In this document: positions 30,598-40,476 of the stretch, one piece after another
Numbering within the stretch: the stretch's first letter is position 1
Layout of the letters: every line of letters starts with the position of its first letter
NCBI GenBank assembly: GCA_963842525.1
Contig: CAWJGT010000024.1
Location: 96,001 to 160,000 of the forward strand
DNA length: 64,000 nucleotides
Reading direction: 5' to 3'
DNA from: an uncultured Holophagales bacterium
GTDB taxonomy: Bacteria > Acidobacteriota > Thermoanaerobaculia > Multivoradales > UBA5704
Program-made: the position numbers and the translations under genes
Notes under the pieces: generated by a model
Told to the model about the DNA's origin: nothing
Seen by the model: the letters and a program-made list of their open reading frames with translations, nothing else
Databases searched by the model: none

Positions 30598-31068
30598 TTA
30601 CTCCGCAGCGAGCTCGATGGGCGTGCAGATCGTCGGCGGCTCGACGCCGTGCAATCTACAAGTGGCCTCAACTTTACCACGCACTGCCGCGTTGGCGATG
30701 TGCTTGCAGTTCCAGCTCAGCAGGTAGTCCATGCCATGAACAGCGGCGATGGCGATGTGGAATGCGTCGACCATTGCACTCTTTGGAAGATCACCCATGC
30801 GGACCAACTCCCTCGCCAGGGTGACCGCGCCTGGGGTCGTGTTGAGCAGGGTCGCATCCCGGAGCGCCGTAAGCCGCTTGGCCGCCGCGCCCTGATCCCC
30901 GGCGGATGCTTCGTCGATGACGAACTGAGAGATATACAGCTCAAATTGTGCCCGCACGGCCCACCAGTCATGCGTGACTTGTTGATGCGCCGCCCGTACC
31001 AAGTCTCGACTGGGTAACGCAGTCAGATAGCTGACGATGCTCGTCTCTATATACAGCCGTGGCTTCAT
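30598..31068 (-). CDS. PIN-domain (VapC-like) toxin
   Basis: LYIETSIVSYL, ISQFVIDE, DAFHIAIA, LLSWNCKHIAN, ICTPIEL. Confidence 0.88.
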   Translation of the reverse strand: MKPRLYIETSIVSYLTALPSRDLVRAAHQQVTHDWWAVRAQFELYISQFVIDEASAGDQGAAAKRLTALRDATLLNTTPGAVTLARELVRMGDLPKSAMVDAFHIAIAAVHGMDYLLSWNCKHIANAAVRGKVEATCRLHGVEPPTICTPIELAAE

Positions 31069-31396
31069 GGCGTCAATTATACTGCCGTGCTAGAACACGC
31101 CTGGGCCTTTCTTGGGGAGCCGTCTCCGCGGCCAAGGGGGCAGGAGCCCACTCTCCCCTGGGATCGCGGGCGTCCCGCCCGCCCTCCATGGCGTTGGGGC
31201 CGTCGCTTCAGAGCAGCCCTCCCATGAGAATTCTTTCGGTCGACTTCCGCCTCCCGCTCCACGGGCTCTTGGGCCTCTGCGTCAGCGAGCGCTCCAGGCC
31301 GTGGACCGCGAGAGCGCTGCGCTGGTCGCCTGAAACGCCGCCGGCCCGCAGCCGGCGCCGGCCACCCCAGCGGCCAACGCTGCCGATTTCTGGGCC

Positions 31397-31690
31397 ACCT
31401 GCACCGCGGTCCAGACGACCTGCACCGCGGTCCAGAGGACCTGTACCGCGGAGCGGGCCGTCCCGCCGAGGTCCAGGCGGACTCCACCGCGGTCGGGCCC
31501 ATCTGCACCACGGTCCAGGCCGACCCCACCACGGTCCAGGTCGACCCCACCACGGTCCAGACCACCTGCACCGCGGCGCGGATGCTCACGCCAAGGTCCA
31601 GTCCTTCTGGACCGCGGTCCAGCTCATCTGCACCGCGGTCCAGCCCACCTGCACCTCGGCGCAGTCGGTCCCCACCGCGGTGCAGAACGC
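31397..31690. repeat. degenerate 21-bp tandem array (~14 units, consensus ~ACCTGCACCGCGGTCCAGNNN)
   Basis: acctgcaccgcggtccagacg / acctgcaccgcggtccagagg / gaccccaccacggtccaggtc / atctgcaccgcggtccagccc etc.; core palindrome ACCGCGGT. Confidence 0.85.
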
Positions 31691-32072
31691 CCAGAAAACC
31701 TCCAGGAAGCTCCAGGAAGCGGCTGGCTCGGGCGCCGAAGCCGCGCAGCTTGAAGGCTTTACGGTGCAGCGGGCACGCGAGCCGGAGCAGCCCTACCCAG
31801 CCGATTCTGTGGATGCAGCCGCATACAAGTCGTCCAGTCCAACCCCGGTCAGCTCCAGCGAAACCCGCCTGCCGCGGCCGTCGGTTGCGCAGGTCCGATC
31901 AAGCTTCCAGGCGGAACGCCGCCGAATCCGGCGAGAGATCTCCAGCCGCAGCGGCAGAAGCTGCCGGCTCGGAACGGCCGGCGCCAGGTCCTGCATTGGT
32001 GCCGCAACCGGAGCCGCGGTCTCCCATGAGGTATCCTATCGTTTCACCGAAGCCCGACCGTCTTCGAAGCGT

Positions 32073-33401
32073 ATGCTGACCCACACCGCCCTCGCTCTGC
32101 TTCTGCTGCTCCCGGCTGCTGCCTCCGCGCAGGAGCTCGACACGGCTGTTTCCGCCGTGGTGAGGATCTCCGGTACGCGCGGCGGCACGCCGGTGCGGGG
32201 AACCGGCTTCGTGGTTGGCCTAGATCGCGACAAGGCCACTATCGTCACCGCCTCGCACGTGATTGAGGGGGCGCCGCAGCTCGAGGTGACTTTCGCGGTC
32301 GACCCCACCGAGAATTTCCCTGCCGGGGTCGTCTTCGGGATGGACGCCGGCAGCCCCCATGGCCTTGCCGTCTTCCAGGTTCGCGGTGCGCTTCCGGCGG
32401 GGGTGACCACCCTGAGCTTTGAGGTCGAGAGCCGGCCTCGTATCGGGGAGGCGTTGTTCTTGCTGGGCTTTCCGGAGATGGCGCTCGCACCACGCGCCAC
32501 TCAAAGAGTGCTTTCTTCCCGGAGTGGGACGTTGCTGCTGGTCGACCAGAGGATCGGGGAAAGTTTCTCCGGTGGTCCGGTCCTCCAAGGCGGCAGGGTG
32601 GTGGGCGTGGTCACCGACATGGACGAGCAAACCACGTATGCCGTCAACGCTCTGGTGGTACGCGAGGCCTTGGAGGGCTGGGGGGTAAGGCTCGGACCGG
32701 CAGCGCCAGCGGTGAAAGCATGCGTTCCTGGAGAAGAGCACACCGAAAACGGTATTGTCTTCGTTCGTATCTGTCCGGGGACCTTCACCATGGGCTCGGC
32801 CGAGAACGATCTACGAGCCAATGCCGACGAGGTACCGGCCCACGAGGTTACGCTGAGCGAGTTCTGGATCGGCAAGACCGAGATCACCAATGAGCAGTAC
32901 CGTCGCTTCCGCTCTGATCACAAGGGCGAGGCGAGCATGCCGGCGACCGGCGTCAGTTGGGCCGATGCGAAGGCGGTCTGCGAGTACCTCGGAGGCCGGC
33001 TTCCTACCGAGGCGCAGTGGGAGTACGCCGCGCGCGCCGGAAGCCAAACCGCCTGGTCGTTCGTTGACGACGAGCGCAGGCTCGGCGAGTACGCATGGTA
33101 TGCCGAGAACTCGGGCGACACGACACACCCAGTCGGCATGAGGAAGGCCAACGCCTGGGGTCTTCACGACATGCGCGGTAACGTCTGGGAGTGGGTGGCC
33201 GACTGGTACGGCGCATACCCCAGCGTGGCGCAGACCGACCCTTCCGGCCCCGCGACAGGCACGCTACGAGTGCTGCGGGGGGGCTCCTTCGACTGCACGC
33301 CAGGGTGCTTGCGCTCCGCGTACAGGTTCAGGACCCAGCCCGGGAACCGGTACGAGGACTTCGGCTTCCGCTGCGCGCGCGCCCCGCGCCGCCAGCCTTG
33401 A
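32073..33401 (+). CDS. secreted trypsin-like + FGE-sulfatase (CLec-fold) protein, copy 1
   Basis: Signal peptide; GTGF, TASHV, FSGGPV; then GTFTMGS, TEITNEQY, RLPTEAQWEYAARAG, GNVWEW, RGGSF, GFRC. Confidence 0.9.
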   Translation: MLTHTALALLLLLPAAASAQELDTAVSAVVRISGTRGGTPVRGTGFVVGLDRDKATIVTASHVIEGAPQLEVTFAVDPTENFPAGVVFGMDAGSPHGLAVFQVRGALPAGVTTLSFEVESRPRIGEALFLLGFPEMALAPRATQRVLSSRSGTLLLVDQRIGESFSGGPVLQGGRVVGVVTDMDEQTTYAVNALVVREALEGWGVRLGPAAPAVKACVPGEEHTENGIVFVRICPGTFTMGSAENDLRANADEVPAHEVTLSEFWIGKTEITNEQYRRFRSDHKGEASMPATGVSWADAKAVCEYLGGRLPTEAQWEYAARAGSQTAWSFVDDERRLGEYAWYAENSGDTTHPVGMRKANAWGLHDMRGNVWEWVADWYGAYPSVAQTDPSGPATGTLRVLRGGSFDCTPGCLRSAYRFRTQPGNRYEDFGFRCARAPRRQP

Positions 33402-33475
33402 TAGCGGCTTCTCATCAGACTCGTCTGGGATATCTATCTTAGCGCTTCACCGAGATCCGACCATCTCCGAAGCGT

Positions 33476-34837
33476 ATGCTGGCCCGCACCGCCTTCGCTC
33501 TGCTTCTGCTGCTGCCGGCTGTTACCACCGCGCAGGATCTCGACACGGCTGTTTCCGCCGTGGTGAGGATCTCCGGGACGCGCGGCGGCACGCCGGTGCG
33601 GGGAAGCGGCTTCGTGGTCGCCCTGGATCGCCGCAAGGCCACAATCGTCACCGCCTCGCATGTGATCGAAGGGGTGCAGAAGCTCGAGGTCACCTTCGCG
33701 GCAGACCTGGCCGTATCGTTCCGGTCCGAGGCCGTGCTCGGGGTAGACAAAGGCAACCCTCATGGCCTGGCCGTCTTTCAGGTTCGCGGTGCGCTTCCGG
33801 CAGGGGTTACCACGCTGAGCTTCGAGGTCGAGAGCCAACCTCGTCTTCGCGAGGCGCTGTTCTTGCTAGGCTTCCCACAGATGGCACGCGCACCACGTAT
33901 GGCCCAAGGGAGGCTCTCTGCCCGGAGTGGAACGTTGCTGCTCATCGATCACGAGAGCGAAGAAGGTCTCTCTGGTGGGCCGGTGCTCCAAGACGGCAAG
34001 GTGGTGGGCGTGGTCACCAACACTGATGCTCAGACGACCTATGCCATCAACGCGGTGATGGCGCGCGAGGCCCTGCAGGGCTGGGGAGTCAAGCTCGGCG
34101 GACAGAGCAGCATCGTCCCACCGACCAAGCCGGCACCGGCAGAGCTCGTGACGTGTAGGCCCGGAGAAGAACGTACAGAGGCCGGTATCGTCTTCGTCCG
34201 CATCTGCCCGGGGACCTTCACCATGGGCTCGTCCGAGAACGACCGTCAAGCCTCGATCGTCGAGAAGCCGGCCCATCAGGTCACACTGAGCGAGTTCTGG
34301 ATCGGCAAGACCGAGATCACGAACGAGCAGTACCGAGGCCTCCGCGGTGATCATCAGAGCGAGGCCCAGTTGCCGGCGACCGAGGTTACACGGGACGCAG
34401 CGGCAGCGGCTTGCGAGCACTTCGGCGGCAGCCTTCCCACTGAGGCGGAGTGGGAGTACGCCGCGCGCGCCGGCAGCCAGACCCCATGGTCGTTCGGTAA
34501 CGATGAGAAGATGCTCGGCACATATGCTTGGTATAAAGAAAACTCGGGTAATATGCCTCATCCCGTCGGAACTAAAAATCCTAACGCCTGGGGTCTTTAC
34601 GATATGCACGGCAACGTCGAGGAATGGGTAGCCGACAGGTTCTACACCTATCCTGAGATGGCGCAAATCGACCCCAGCCCCAAGACGGGTTGGAAGCTGA
34701 ACCGCATTGTGCGAGGAGGCTCCTTCGCCCAGGAGGCTTGGCACCTGCGCTCCACAAGCCGGAATGTGACTCCGTTCCCAGAATGGAACCGGAACATCGG
34801 CTTCCGCTGTGTGCGTGCCCCCCACAGCCAGCCCTGA
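33476..34837 (+). CDS. secreted trypsin-like + FGE-sulfatase protein, copy 2
   Basis: Same architecture; ~40 bp of upstream sequence is also duplicated from copy 1. Confidence 0.9.
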   Translation: MLARTAFALLLLLPAVTTAQDLDTAVSAVVRISGTRGGTPVRGSGFVVALDRRKATIVTASHVIEGVQKLEVTFAADLAVSFRSEAVLGVDKGNPHGLAVFQVRGALPAGVTTLSFEVESQPRLREALFLLGFPQMARAPRMAQGRLSARSGTLLLIDHESEEGLSGGPVLQDGKVVGVVTNTDAQTTYAINAVMAREALQGWGVKLGGQSSIVPPTKPAPAELVTCRPGEERTEAGIVFVRICPGTFTMGSSENDRQASIVEKPAHQVTLSEFWIGKTEITNEQYRGLRGDHQSEAQLPATEVTRDAAAAACEHFGGSLPTEAEWEYAARAGSQTPWSFGNDEKMLGTYAWYKENSGNMPHPVGTKNPNAWGLYDMHGNVEEWVADRFYTYPEMAQIDPSPKTGWKLNRIVRGGSFAQEAWHLRSTSRNVTPFPEWNRNIGFRCVRAPHSQP

Positions 34838-34858
34838 CCCTCAACGCTCTTGATGCTT

Positions 34859-36196
34859 ATGCTGACCCGCCTCACTCTTGCCCTGCTCCTGCTGCTCCCG
34901 GCTTCCGCCTCGGCGCAGGAGCTCGACAAGGCGGTTTCCGCCCTGGTGAGGATCTCTGGCATGCGCGGCGGCACGCCGGTGCGGGGAAGCGGCTTCGTGG
35001 TCGGCCTCGATCGTGACAAAGCTACGATCGTCACCGCCTCGCGCGTGATCGAGGGAGTGCAGCAGCTCGAGATAACCTTCGCGGCCGATCGCACCGAAAG
35101 CTTCTCTGCCAGGCTCGTGCTCGGGACGGAAGCCGGTAACCAGCGCGGCCTGGCCGCCCTCCAGGTGCTCGGTGCGCTGCCGGCGGGAGTGATCGCTCTG
35201 AGCTTCGAGACCGAGGACCGGCTTCAACAAGGTGAGGACCTCTTCCTGTTAGGTTTCCCGGAGGCGTCTACGACTCCTCTTGCTCTGTGGCGACGCCATG
35301 CCGGCCCGAACGGTAATTTCCTGCAACTGGATGGCTCTGTGGAAGAGGCCTTCTCGGGTGCTCCAGTATTTTTGAAAGACAAAGTCGTGGGGGTCGTGAC
35401 GGTGACGGACGAGGATCTGCAGCGCGTCTTTGCTGTCAAGGCCACGGTAGCTCGAAAAGCAGTCGTCGGCTGGGGAGCCAGGCTCGGCGGGCACAGTAGC
35501 ATCCAGTCGAGATGCGAGCCTGGAGAAGAGTATACCAGGGAGAACATCGTCTTCGTCCTCATCTGCCCGGCAACCTTCACGATGGGCGCTCCTGATAACG
35601 ATTCGAAAGCCGATGACAATGAGAGGCCGGCCCATCAGGTTACGCTGAGCGAATTCTGGATCAGTAAGACCGAGATGACCAACGCGCAGTACCGCCGTTT
35701 CCGCCGTGGTCATAAAGGCCCGATCAACCGCCCGGTGACCGCCATCTCCTGGGAGGAGGCGAAGGCAGCCTGCGAGCACTTTGGAGGCCGCCTTCCCACA
35801 GAAGCAGAGTGGGAGTACGCCGCCCGCGCTGGCAGCCAGACGGTCTGGTCGTTCGGTGAGGACGAAAGGAAGCTCGGCACATATGCATGGTTTATCGATA
35901 ACTCAGGGAACAAACTTCCCCTCGCCGGATCGAAAGCACCCAATTCCTGGGGCCTCTACGACATGCACGGCAGCGTCTGGGAGTGGGTAGCCGACTGGTA
36001 TGCTCCTTACCCTGGCGCAGCGCAAACCGACCCCTCCGGACCCACGACAGGCGAGTATCATATTCTGCGGGGTGGCTCCTATCTCAGTGCGCCTGGTGAC
36101 CTTCGCTCCGGGGTCCGGTCCAGGTACGACCCCAAGATCATCCGATCCGCCGACTATGGATTCCGCTGTGCCTACACCTCTAGCGAGCAGCCATGA
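34859..36196 (+). CDS. secreted trypsin-like + FGE-sulfatase protein, copy 3
   Basis: Same architecture; TASRV replaces TASHV. Confidence 0.9.
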   Translation: MLTRLTLALLLLLPASASAQELDKAVSALVRISGMRGGTPVRGSGFVVGLDRDKATIVTASRVIEGVQQLEITFAADRTESFSARLVLGTEAGNQRGLAALQVLGALPAGVIALSFETEDRLQQGEDLFLLGFPEASTTPLALWRRHAGPNGNFLQLDGSVEEAFSGAPVFLKDKVVGVVTVTDEDLQRVFAVKATVARKAVVGWGARLGGHSSIQSRCEPGEEYTRENIVFVLICPATFTMGAPDNDSKADDNERPAHQVTLSEFWISKTEMTNAQYRRFRRGHKGPINRPVTAISWEEAKAACEHFGGRLPTEAEWEYAARAGSQTVWSFGEDERKLGTYAWFIDNSGNKLPLAGSKAPNSWGLYDMHGSVWEWVADWYAPYPGAAQTDPSGPTTGEYHILRGGSYLSAPGDLRSGVRSRYDPKIIRSADYGFRCAYTSSEQP

Positions 36197-37518
36197 TGCT
36201 GATCCGAATTATCCTTGTCCTGTCTCTGTTGTTCCCAGCGGCTGCCTTTACGCAGGAGCTCGACACGGCTGTTTCCGCCCTGGTGAGGATTTCCGGGACA
36301 CGCGACGGCACCCCCGTATGGGGAACTGGTTTCGTGATCGGTTTCGATCGCGGCAAGGCGAGGATCGTCACCGCCTCGCGCGTGATCGAGGGGTTGGAGC
36401 AGATTGCGGTGACCTTCGCGGTCGACCCCGGCAAAAGCTCTCTGGCCGGAACCGTCCTCGGGTTGGACGCCGGTAATCCGAACGGCTTGGCTGCCTTGCA
36501 GGTTCGCGGTGCCCTCCCTGCAGGGGTAACGACTCTCAGCTTTGAGACCGAAAGCCGGCCGCGCGCCGGCGAGGTGTTGTCCTTGCTGGGGTTTCCAAAG
36601 GCGGAATCTGCGCCGCTCACGATCTCCAAAACCCTGTCTGCCCAGAGCGGACCTTTGCTGCTGATCAATGAGGGAATCGGAGACGGTTTCTCCGGAGGTC
36701 CCGTGCTCCAAGGCGGCAAAGTGGTGGGTATAATCACCGACATCAAGGCACAGACGACGCACGCCGTCAATGCCATCGTGGCGCGCACGGCCTCGGAGGG
36801 CTGGGGAGTCAGCGATTGCGTGCCTGGACAAGAGCGCACGGAGAACGGCATCGTCTTCGTTCGCATCTGCTCCGGGACCTTTATCATGGGCGCAAATGAG
36901 AACGACCATAGAGCCTCTGACAACCAGAAGCCGGTGCACCGGGTTACGCTGAGCGAGTTCTGGCTCGGCAGAACCGAGATCACCAACGAGCAGTTCCACG
37001 GCTTCCGTCCAGATCATGTGGACGATTCTGATCTGGAGGGTGTGCCCAATATGCCGGTAACGAAGGTCAACTGGTTTGACGCGAAGGCCGCTTGCGAGCA
37101 CTTCGGTGGCCGCCTCCCCACTGAGGCGGAGTGGGAGTACGCCGCGCGAACCGGCAAACGGACCACCTGGTCGTTCGGTGACGACGAGAAGATGCTCGAC
37201 GAATACGCTTGGTACGATAAGACCTCAAGTGGCCTGCCGCACCCTGTCGGCACGAAGAGGGCCAACTCCTGGGGTTTATATGACATGGATGGCAACGTCT
37301 CTGAGTGGGTGGCTGACAAATTCAGCCGATCCTATCCGGACAAGCCGCAAACCGATCCTACCGGTCCCAGGGAAGGCGATCTCCGTGTGGTGCGGGGGAA
37401 CACGTTCAGATTCCCATCCTGGCTCCAGAGTCCGGCTGTCCGGAGAGGGGGGCAGCCCAAGTCTGGGGACTGGACCACCGGCTTCCGCTGTGCGCGCAGC
37501 TCTTTCCGCCAGCCTTGA
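36193..37518 (+). CDS. secreted trypsin-like + FGE-sulfatase protein, copy 4
   Basis: Same architecture; TASRV; RGNTF replaces RGGSF. Confidence 0.9.
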   Translation: MMLIRIILVLSLLFPAAAFTQELDTAVSALVRISGTRDGTPVWGTGFVIGFDRGKARIVTASRVIEGLEQIAVTFAVDPGKSSLAGTVLGLDAGNPNGLAALQVRGALPAGVTTLSFETESRPRAGEVLSLLGFPKAESAPLTISKTLSAQSGPLLLINEGIGDGFSGGPVLQGGKVVGIITDIKAQTTHAVNAIVARTASEGWGVSDCVPGQERTENGIVFVRICSGTFIMGANENDHRASDNQKPVHRVTLSEFWLGRTEITNEQFHGFRPDHVDDSDLEGVPNMPVTKVNWFDAKAACEHFGGRLPTEAEWEYAARTGKRTTWSFGDDEKMLDEYAWYDKTSSGLPHPVGTKRANSWGLYDMDGNVSEWVADKFSRSYPDKPQTDPTGPREGDLRVVRGNTFRFPSWLQSPAVRRGGQPKSGDWTTGFRCARSSFRQP

Positions 37519-37526
37519 CTCTTGTC

Positions 37527-38303
37527 ATGAGTGTAGAAAGCAAGAGCCAGGGCCGGCGGAAGGGAAGCACGCGATGCGGGCGGGCGATCGCCGCGGTCCT
37601 CCTCCTAATCGCTCTGCCGCTCCTAGCTCAGTACGACCCCGCGCTCCAGTACCAGAACCGTGGCAACCGCTATGAGGGCCTCAAGCCCAAGCCGGTGAGC
37701 GGCTACGACATCGAGCTTCTCTCCGCCCTCGTCGACTACCGCGAGCCGAGCCCCGCCTGGCCTCCCACACTGCGCCTCAAGTTCTACCTCCCCGCCACCG
37801 AGCCGGTCTTCGTCACCGTCCGCCAGCCGCGGCCCAAGACCGCCTACTACTGGCTCGACAAGGTCGTCCCTCCTGCACCCTGGCGCCCTCGGGTGCTCAA
37901 CGAGTTCTCCTGGCCCACGAAGCCCGTGCTCCAGAAGTTGAGCTCGGTGACCCTCGACGACCTGGGAGTCGTGGTGCGCCTGCGCCAGCAAGATCCGTCC
38001 AGGAGAGAGACGATCGCCCCGGCAGCGCTTTTTCACACGCAGCCACCACCGGCCGCGAGCGGCTATCGTTTTACGTTCAAGACCAACGGCACAGCCCACG
38101 TCACCTGCAAGATCTACCGGGGCGACAAAGAGGTCTACCAACGGCCCCAGAATCGTGAGAGGGCCGGCAGCCCTTTCACTTTGAGCTGGGATACCCAGGG
38201 CCAACCGGAAGGCGAGTACCGCCTCGCGCTCTCCGGCTACTTCGACGACAACACCCCGCTCGCCAAAGAGGTGCTCTTCTACCACAGGGCCGCCTGGAAA
38301 TGA
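37527..38303 (+). CDS. secreted hypothetical protein, probable C-terminal Ig-like fold
   Basis: Hydrophobic signal AIAAVLLLIALPLLA; YQNRGNRYEG; FTLSWDT...PEGEYRL. Confidence 0.65.
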   Translation: MSVESKSQGRRKGSTRCGRAIAAVLLLIALPLLAQYDPALQYQNRGNRYEGLKPKPVSGYDIELLSALVDYREPSPAWPPTLRLKFYLPATEPVFVTVRQPRPKTAYYWLDKVVPPAPWRPRVLNEFSWPTKPVLQKLSSVTLDDLGVVVRLRQQDPSRRETIAPAALFHTQPPPAASGYRFTFKTNGTAHVTCKIYRGDKEVYQRPQNRERAGSPFTLSWDTQGQPEGEYRLALSGYFDDNTPLAKEVLFYHRAAWK

Positions 38304-39451
38304 GCGCCGTGGAAAGCAAGAAAGCGGCGCCACGCCGCTCGCGTTCGCTCCTCTGGCTGGCGCTGCCGACCCTGGTCCTCCTGCCGCTGGTCGTGCTTTC
38401 AACTTTCTGGCACCTTTCCACCCGCGTCCAACTTGAGGTTGCGACCCAACGGCTCGCCTTCACCTTGGGAGGAGAGGGGAGCCACGAGATCCTCGGTCGC
38501 TCGGTGCCTTTCTCGTCCCTCGTCGTCGAAGATTGCGGCGCCGTGGCCTTCGCCGCTGAGAAGCTGGAGATCGCTGATCCGCGACAACTCGTGCCTGGAA
38601 CAGAAGCCGGCGCAACACCGGACTTTCCCCCAGCGGCCTGGCGCGAGCTAACACCCACCGGCCCGGTGAAGCTTTTGTGCCGCGACCCGGCGGCCAAGCT
38701 GACCCTCCAGAACCCCGATCCCGTCGCCGGACGGTTGGGGCTCCTCGATCGCATCCGTTTCGCGCCAGGCTCGCAGGTGGTTCTCGAGGTCTCTCCGGGT
38801 CGAGAGCCCGCTCTCAGCCTGGAGATCGAGATGCCCCTGGAGCTCAACCTCGCGCTTGGCCCCGACCTCGAGGTCGTGACCGACTTCGTCGAGGCCAAGG
38901 GCATGGCCGTGCCCTTCCCCGCGGGCCTCCTGACCTGGCGGGCGCGGCTTCCGGAGGCGCGCCGGACGGTCGAGGTCACGAGCGGCGAGCACGGTCTGAT
39001 CTTGATCGTGACCCCCGCTCGGGACCAGCTCGCGAAGCTCTTCCGCGAGCCGCTCGACCTCCCGCTCGCCTCGGTGGAGCTGCTCGAAGAGGATCTCGAA
39101 GGGAAGCTCACGACGCCGCTCCGCGACAGGGCCAGCCTCAGCTACCCCGAATATCCCGCTGTCCCGGCCGTGACCATCGAGAAAGACGAGGCTGTGGGGC
39201 TTGGGAGGCTCTCGCAGGCGCGCCTGAGAAGCCTGGAGCTCGACGCCGGGAAGGGTGCGCTGCGGGCGCGCTTCGACGGTGTGGCTGATCGTGCCACCAG
39301 CCGTTCCGGACAGTTTGTCAGCGACCACCGCCTGACGCTCTTCCATATCTTTCGCTATAGCTGGCGCTGGGGGGCGATCGCGGTCGCTGCGGCGTGGATC
39401 GTTTCCACGACCTGGGTTGCCTTCGAAGCTCGGAAGAAGCTCCAGGAGTGA
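38300..39451 (+). CDS. membrane-anchored hypothetical protein (N- and C-terminal TM helices)
   Basis: ATGA overlap; two hydrophobic segments flank a beta-rich domain. Confidence 0.65.
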   Translation: MSAVESKKAAPRRSRSLLWLALPTLVLLPLVVLSTFWHLSTRVQLEVATQRLAFTLGGEGSHEILGRSVPFSSLVVEDCGAVAFAAEKLEIADPRQLVPGTEAGATPDFPPAAWRELTPTGPVKLLCRDPAAKLTLQNPDPVAGRLGLLDRIRFAPGSQVVLEVSPGREPALSLEIEMPLELNLALGPDLEVVTDFVEAKGMAVPFPAGLLTWRARLPEARRTVEVTSGEHGLILIVTPARDQLAKLFREPLDLPLASVELLEEDLEGKLTTPLRDRASLSYPEYPAVPAVTIEKDEAVGLGRLSQARLRSLELDAGKGALRARFDGVADRATSRSGQFVSDHRLTLFHIFRYSWRWGAIAVAAAWIVSTTWVAFEARKKLQE

Positions 39452-39628
39452 GGTGCCCCCCGCGACTCTTCCGGGGGGCGGAGAGCAACTTCTTCGCCCT
39501 TTTGCGCGTATTCAGGCTCGTGGAGCGGGCCCTGCCCTGGCATCCGGGCACCGGATCGGCTATCCTGGCGGCCGGTTTCCCCAGACTCCGTAGATTCCGC
39601 ACGACACGCAACACGAGGAGGAATATCG

Positions 39629-40384
39629 ATGATACGCAAGACCTTCGCCTGCCTGTTCCTGGCAAGCCTGATCGGAGCCGCGGTGTCGGCCCAGACCGCC
39701 GACGAGCTGATCGACAAGGGCATCCAGGCCCGGGGCGGACGCGACAAGATCAAGTCCATCCAGAGCATCCGGATGACCGGCAAGATGATCATCAACCAGG
39801 GTGGGCAGATGCTCGAGATGCCCATCGTGATGGAGGCGGCCCGCCCGGACAAGGTCCGTATCGACTCCACCTTCCAGGGCATGACCATGGTCCAGGCCTT
39901 CGACGGCACGACCGGCTGGACGGTGATGCCCTTCATGGGCAAGAAGGACCCGGAGGCGGTCTCCGGAGAGCAGCTCGACCAGATCAAGAGACAGGCGGAC
40001 GTCATCGACGGGCTGCTCGTCGACTACAAGGAGAAGGGCCATCAGGTCGAGTACGCGGGCAAGGAGGACCTGGAGGGCACGCCGGCCCATAAGCTCAAGG
40101 TGACCCGGAAGGACGGCGACATCGTCTATGTGTACCTCGACGCCGAGCAGTTCCTGGAGCTCAAGCACAAGCAGAAGACCAAGCTGCCGGGCGGCCAGGA
40201 GATCGAAAGCGAGGCCGCGATGAGCGACTACAAGGAGGTCGGCGGCATCCTCTTCCCCCATTCGATGGAGATGAAGGCCGGCCCCGGGACCATGAGCATG
40301 ACGCTGGACAAGATCGAGCTCAACCCGGATCTGCCCGCCAGCCGCTTCGAGATGCCGAAGGCCGAGAAGAAGCCGGCCCAGTAG
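39629..40384 (+). CDS. LolA-like / outer-membrane lipoprotein-sorting family protein
   Basis: RBS GAGGAGG; signal peptide; QTADELIDK...ARGG, QAFDGTTGW, SDYKEVGGILFP. Confidence 0.75.
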   Translation: MIRKTFACLFLASLIGAAVSAQTADELIDKGIQARGGRDKIKSIQSIRMTGKMIINQGGQMLEMPIVMEAARPDKVRIDSTFQGMTMVQAFDGTTGWTVMPFMGKKDPEAVSGEQLDQIKRQADVIDGLLVDYKEKGHQVEYAGKEDLEGTPAHKLKVTRKDGDIVYVYLDAEQFLELKHKQKTKLPGGQEIESEAAMSDYKEVGGILFPHSMEMKAGPGTMSMTLDKIELNPDLPASRFEMPKAEKKPAQ

Positions 40385-40476
40385 GCCGAGCGTCTTCCGT
40401 TCCCGCCGCGGGGCCCGGCACGGTCCCGCGGCGATCCTGAAGATCCCTTGTTTTCTTTTCTGAGAGAGGAACGCAC

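Noticed and set aside
31397-31690. CRISPR array (also considered for 57151-57465 and 12310-12592)
   Set aside because: Contiguous degenerate 21-bp units without unique spacers; no cas genes in the window.
31059-32072. N-terminal extension of the first trypsin-FGE gene
   Set aside because: The paralogs start at the equivalent of ATG 32073 with a signal peptide; the extension is low-complexity read-through of the repeat.
32073-39451. Complete DGR cassette in the window
   Set aside because: No reverse transcriptase, avd or AAC-rich template repeat was found here.
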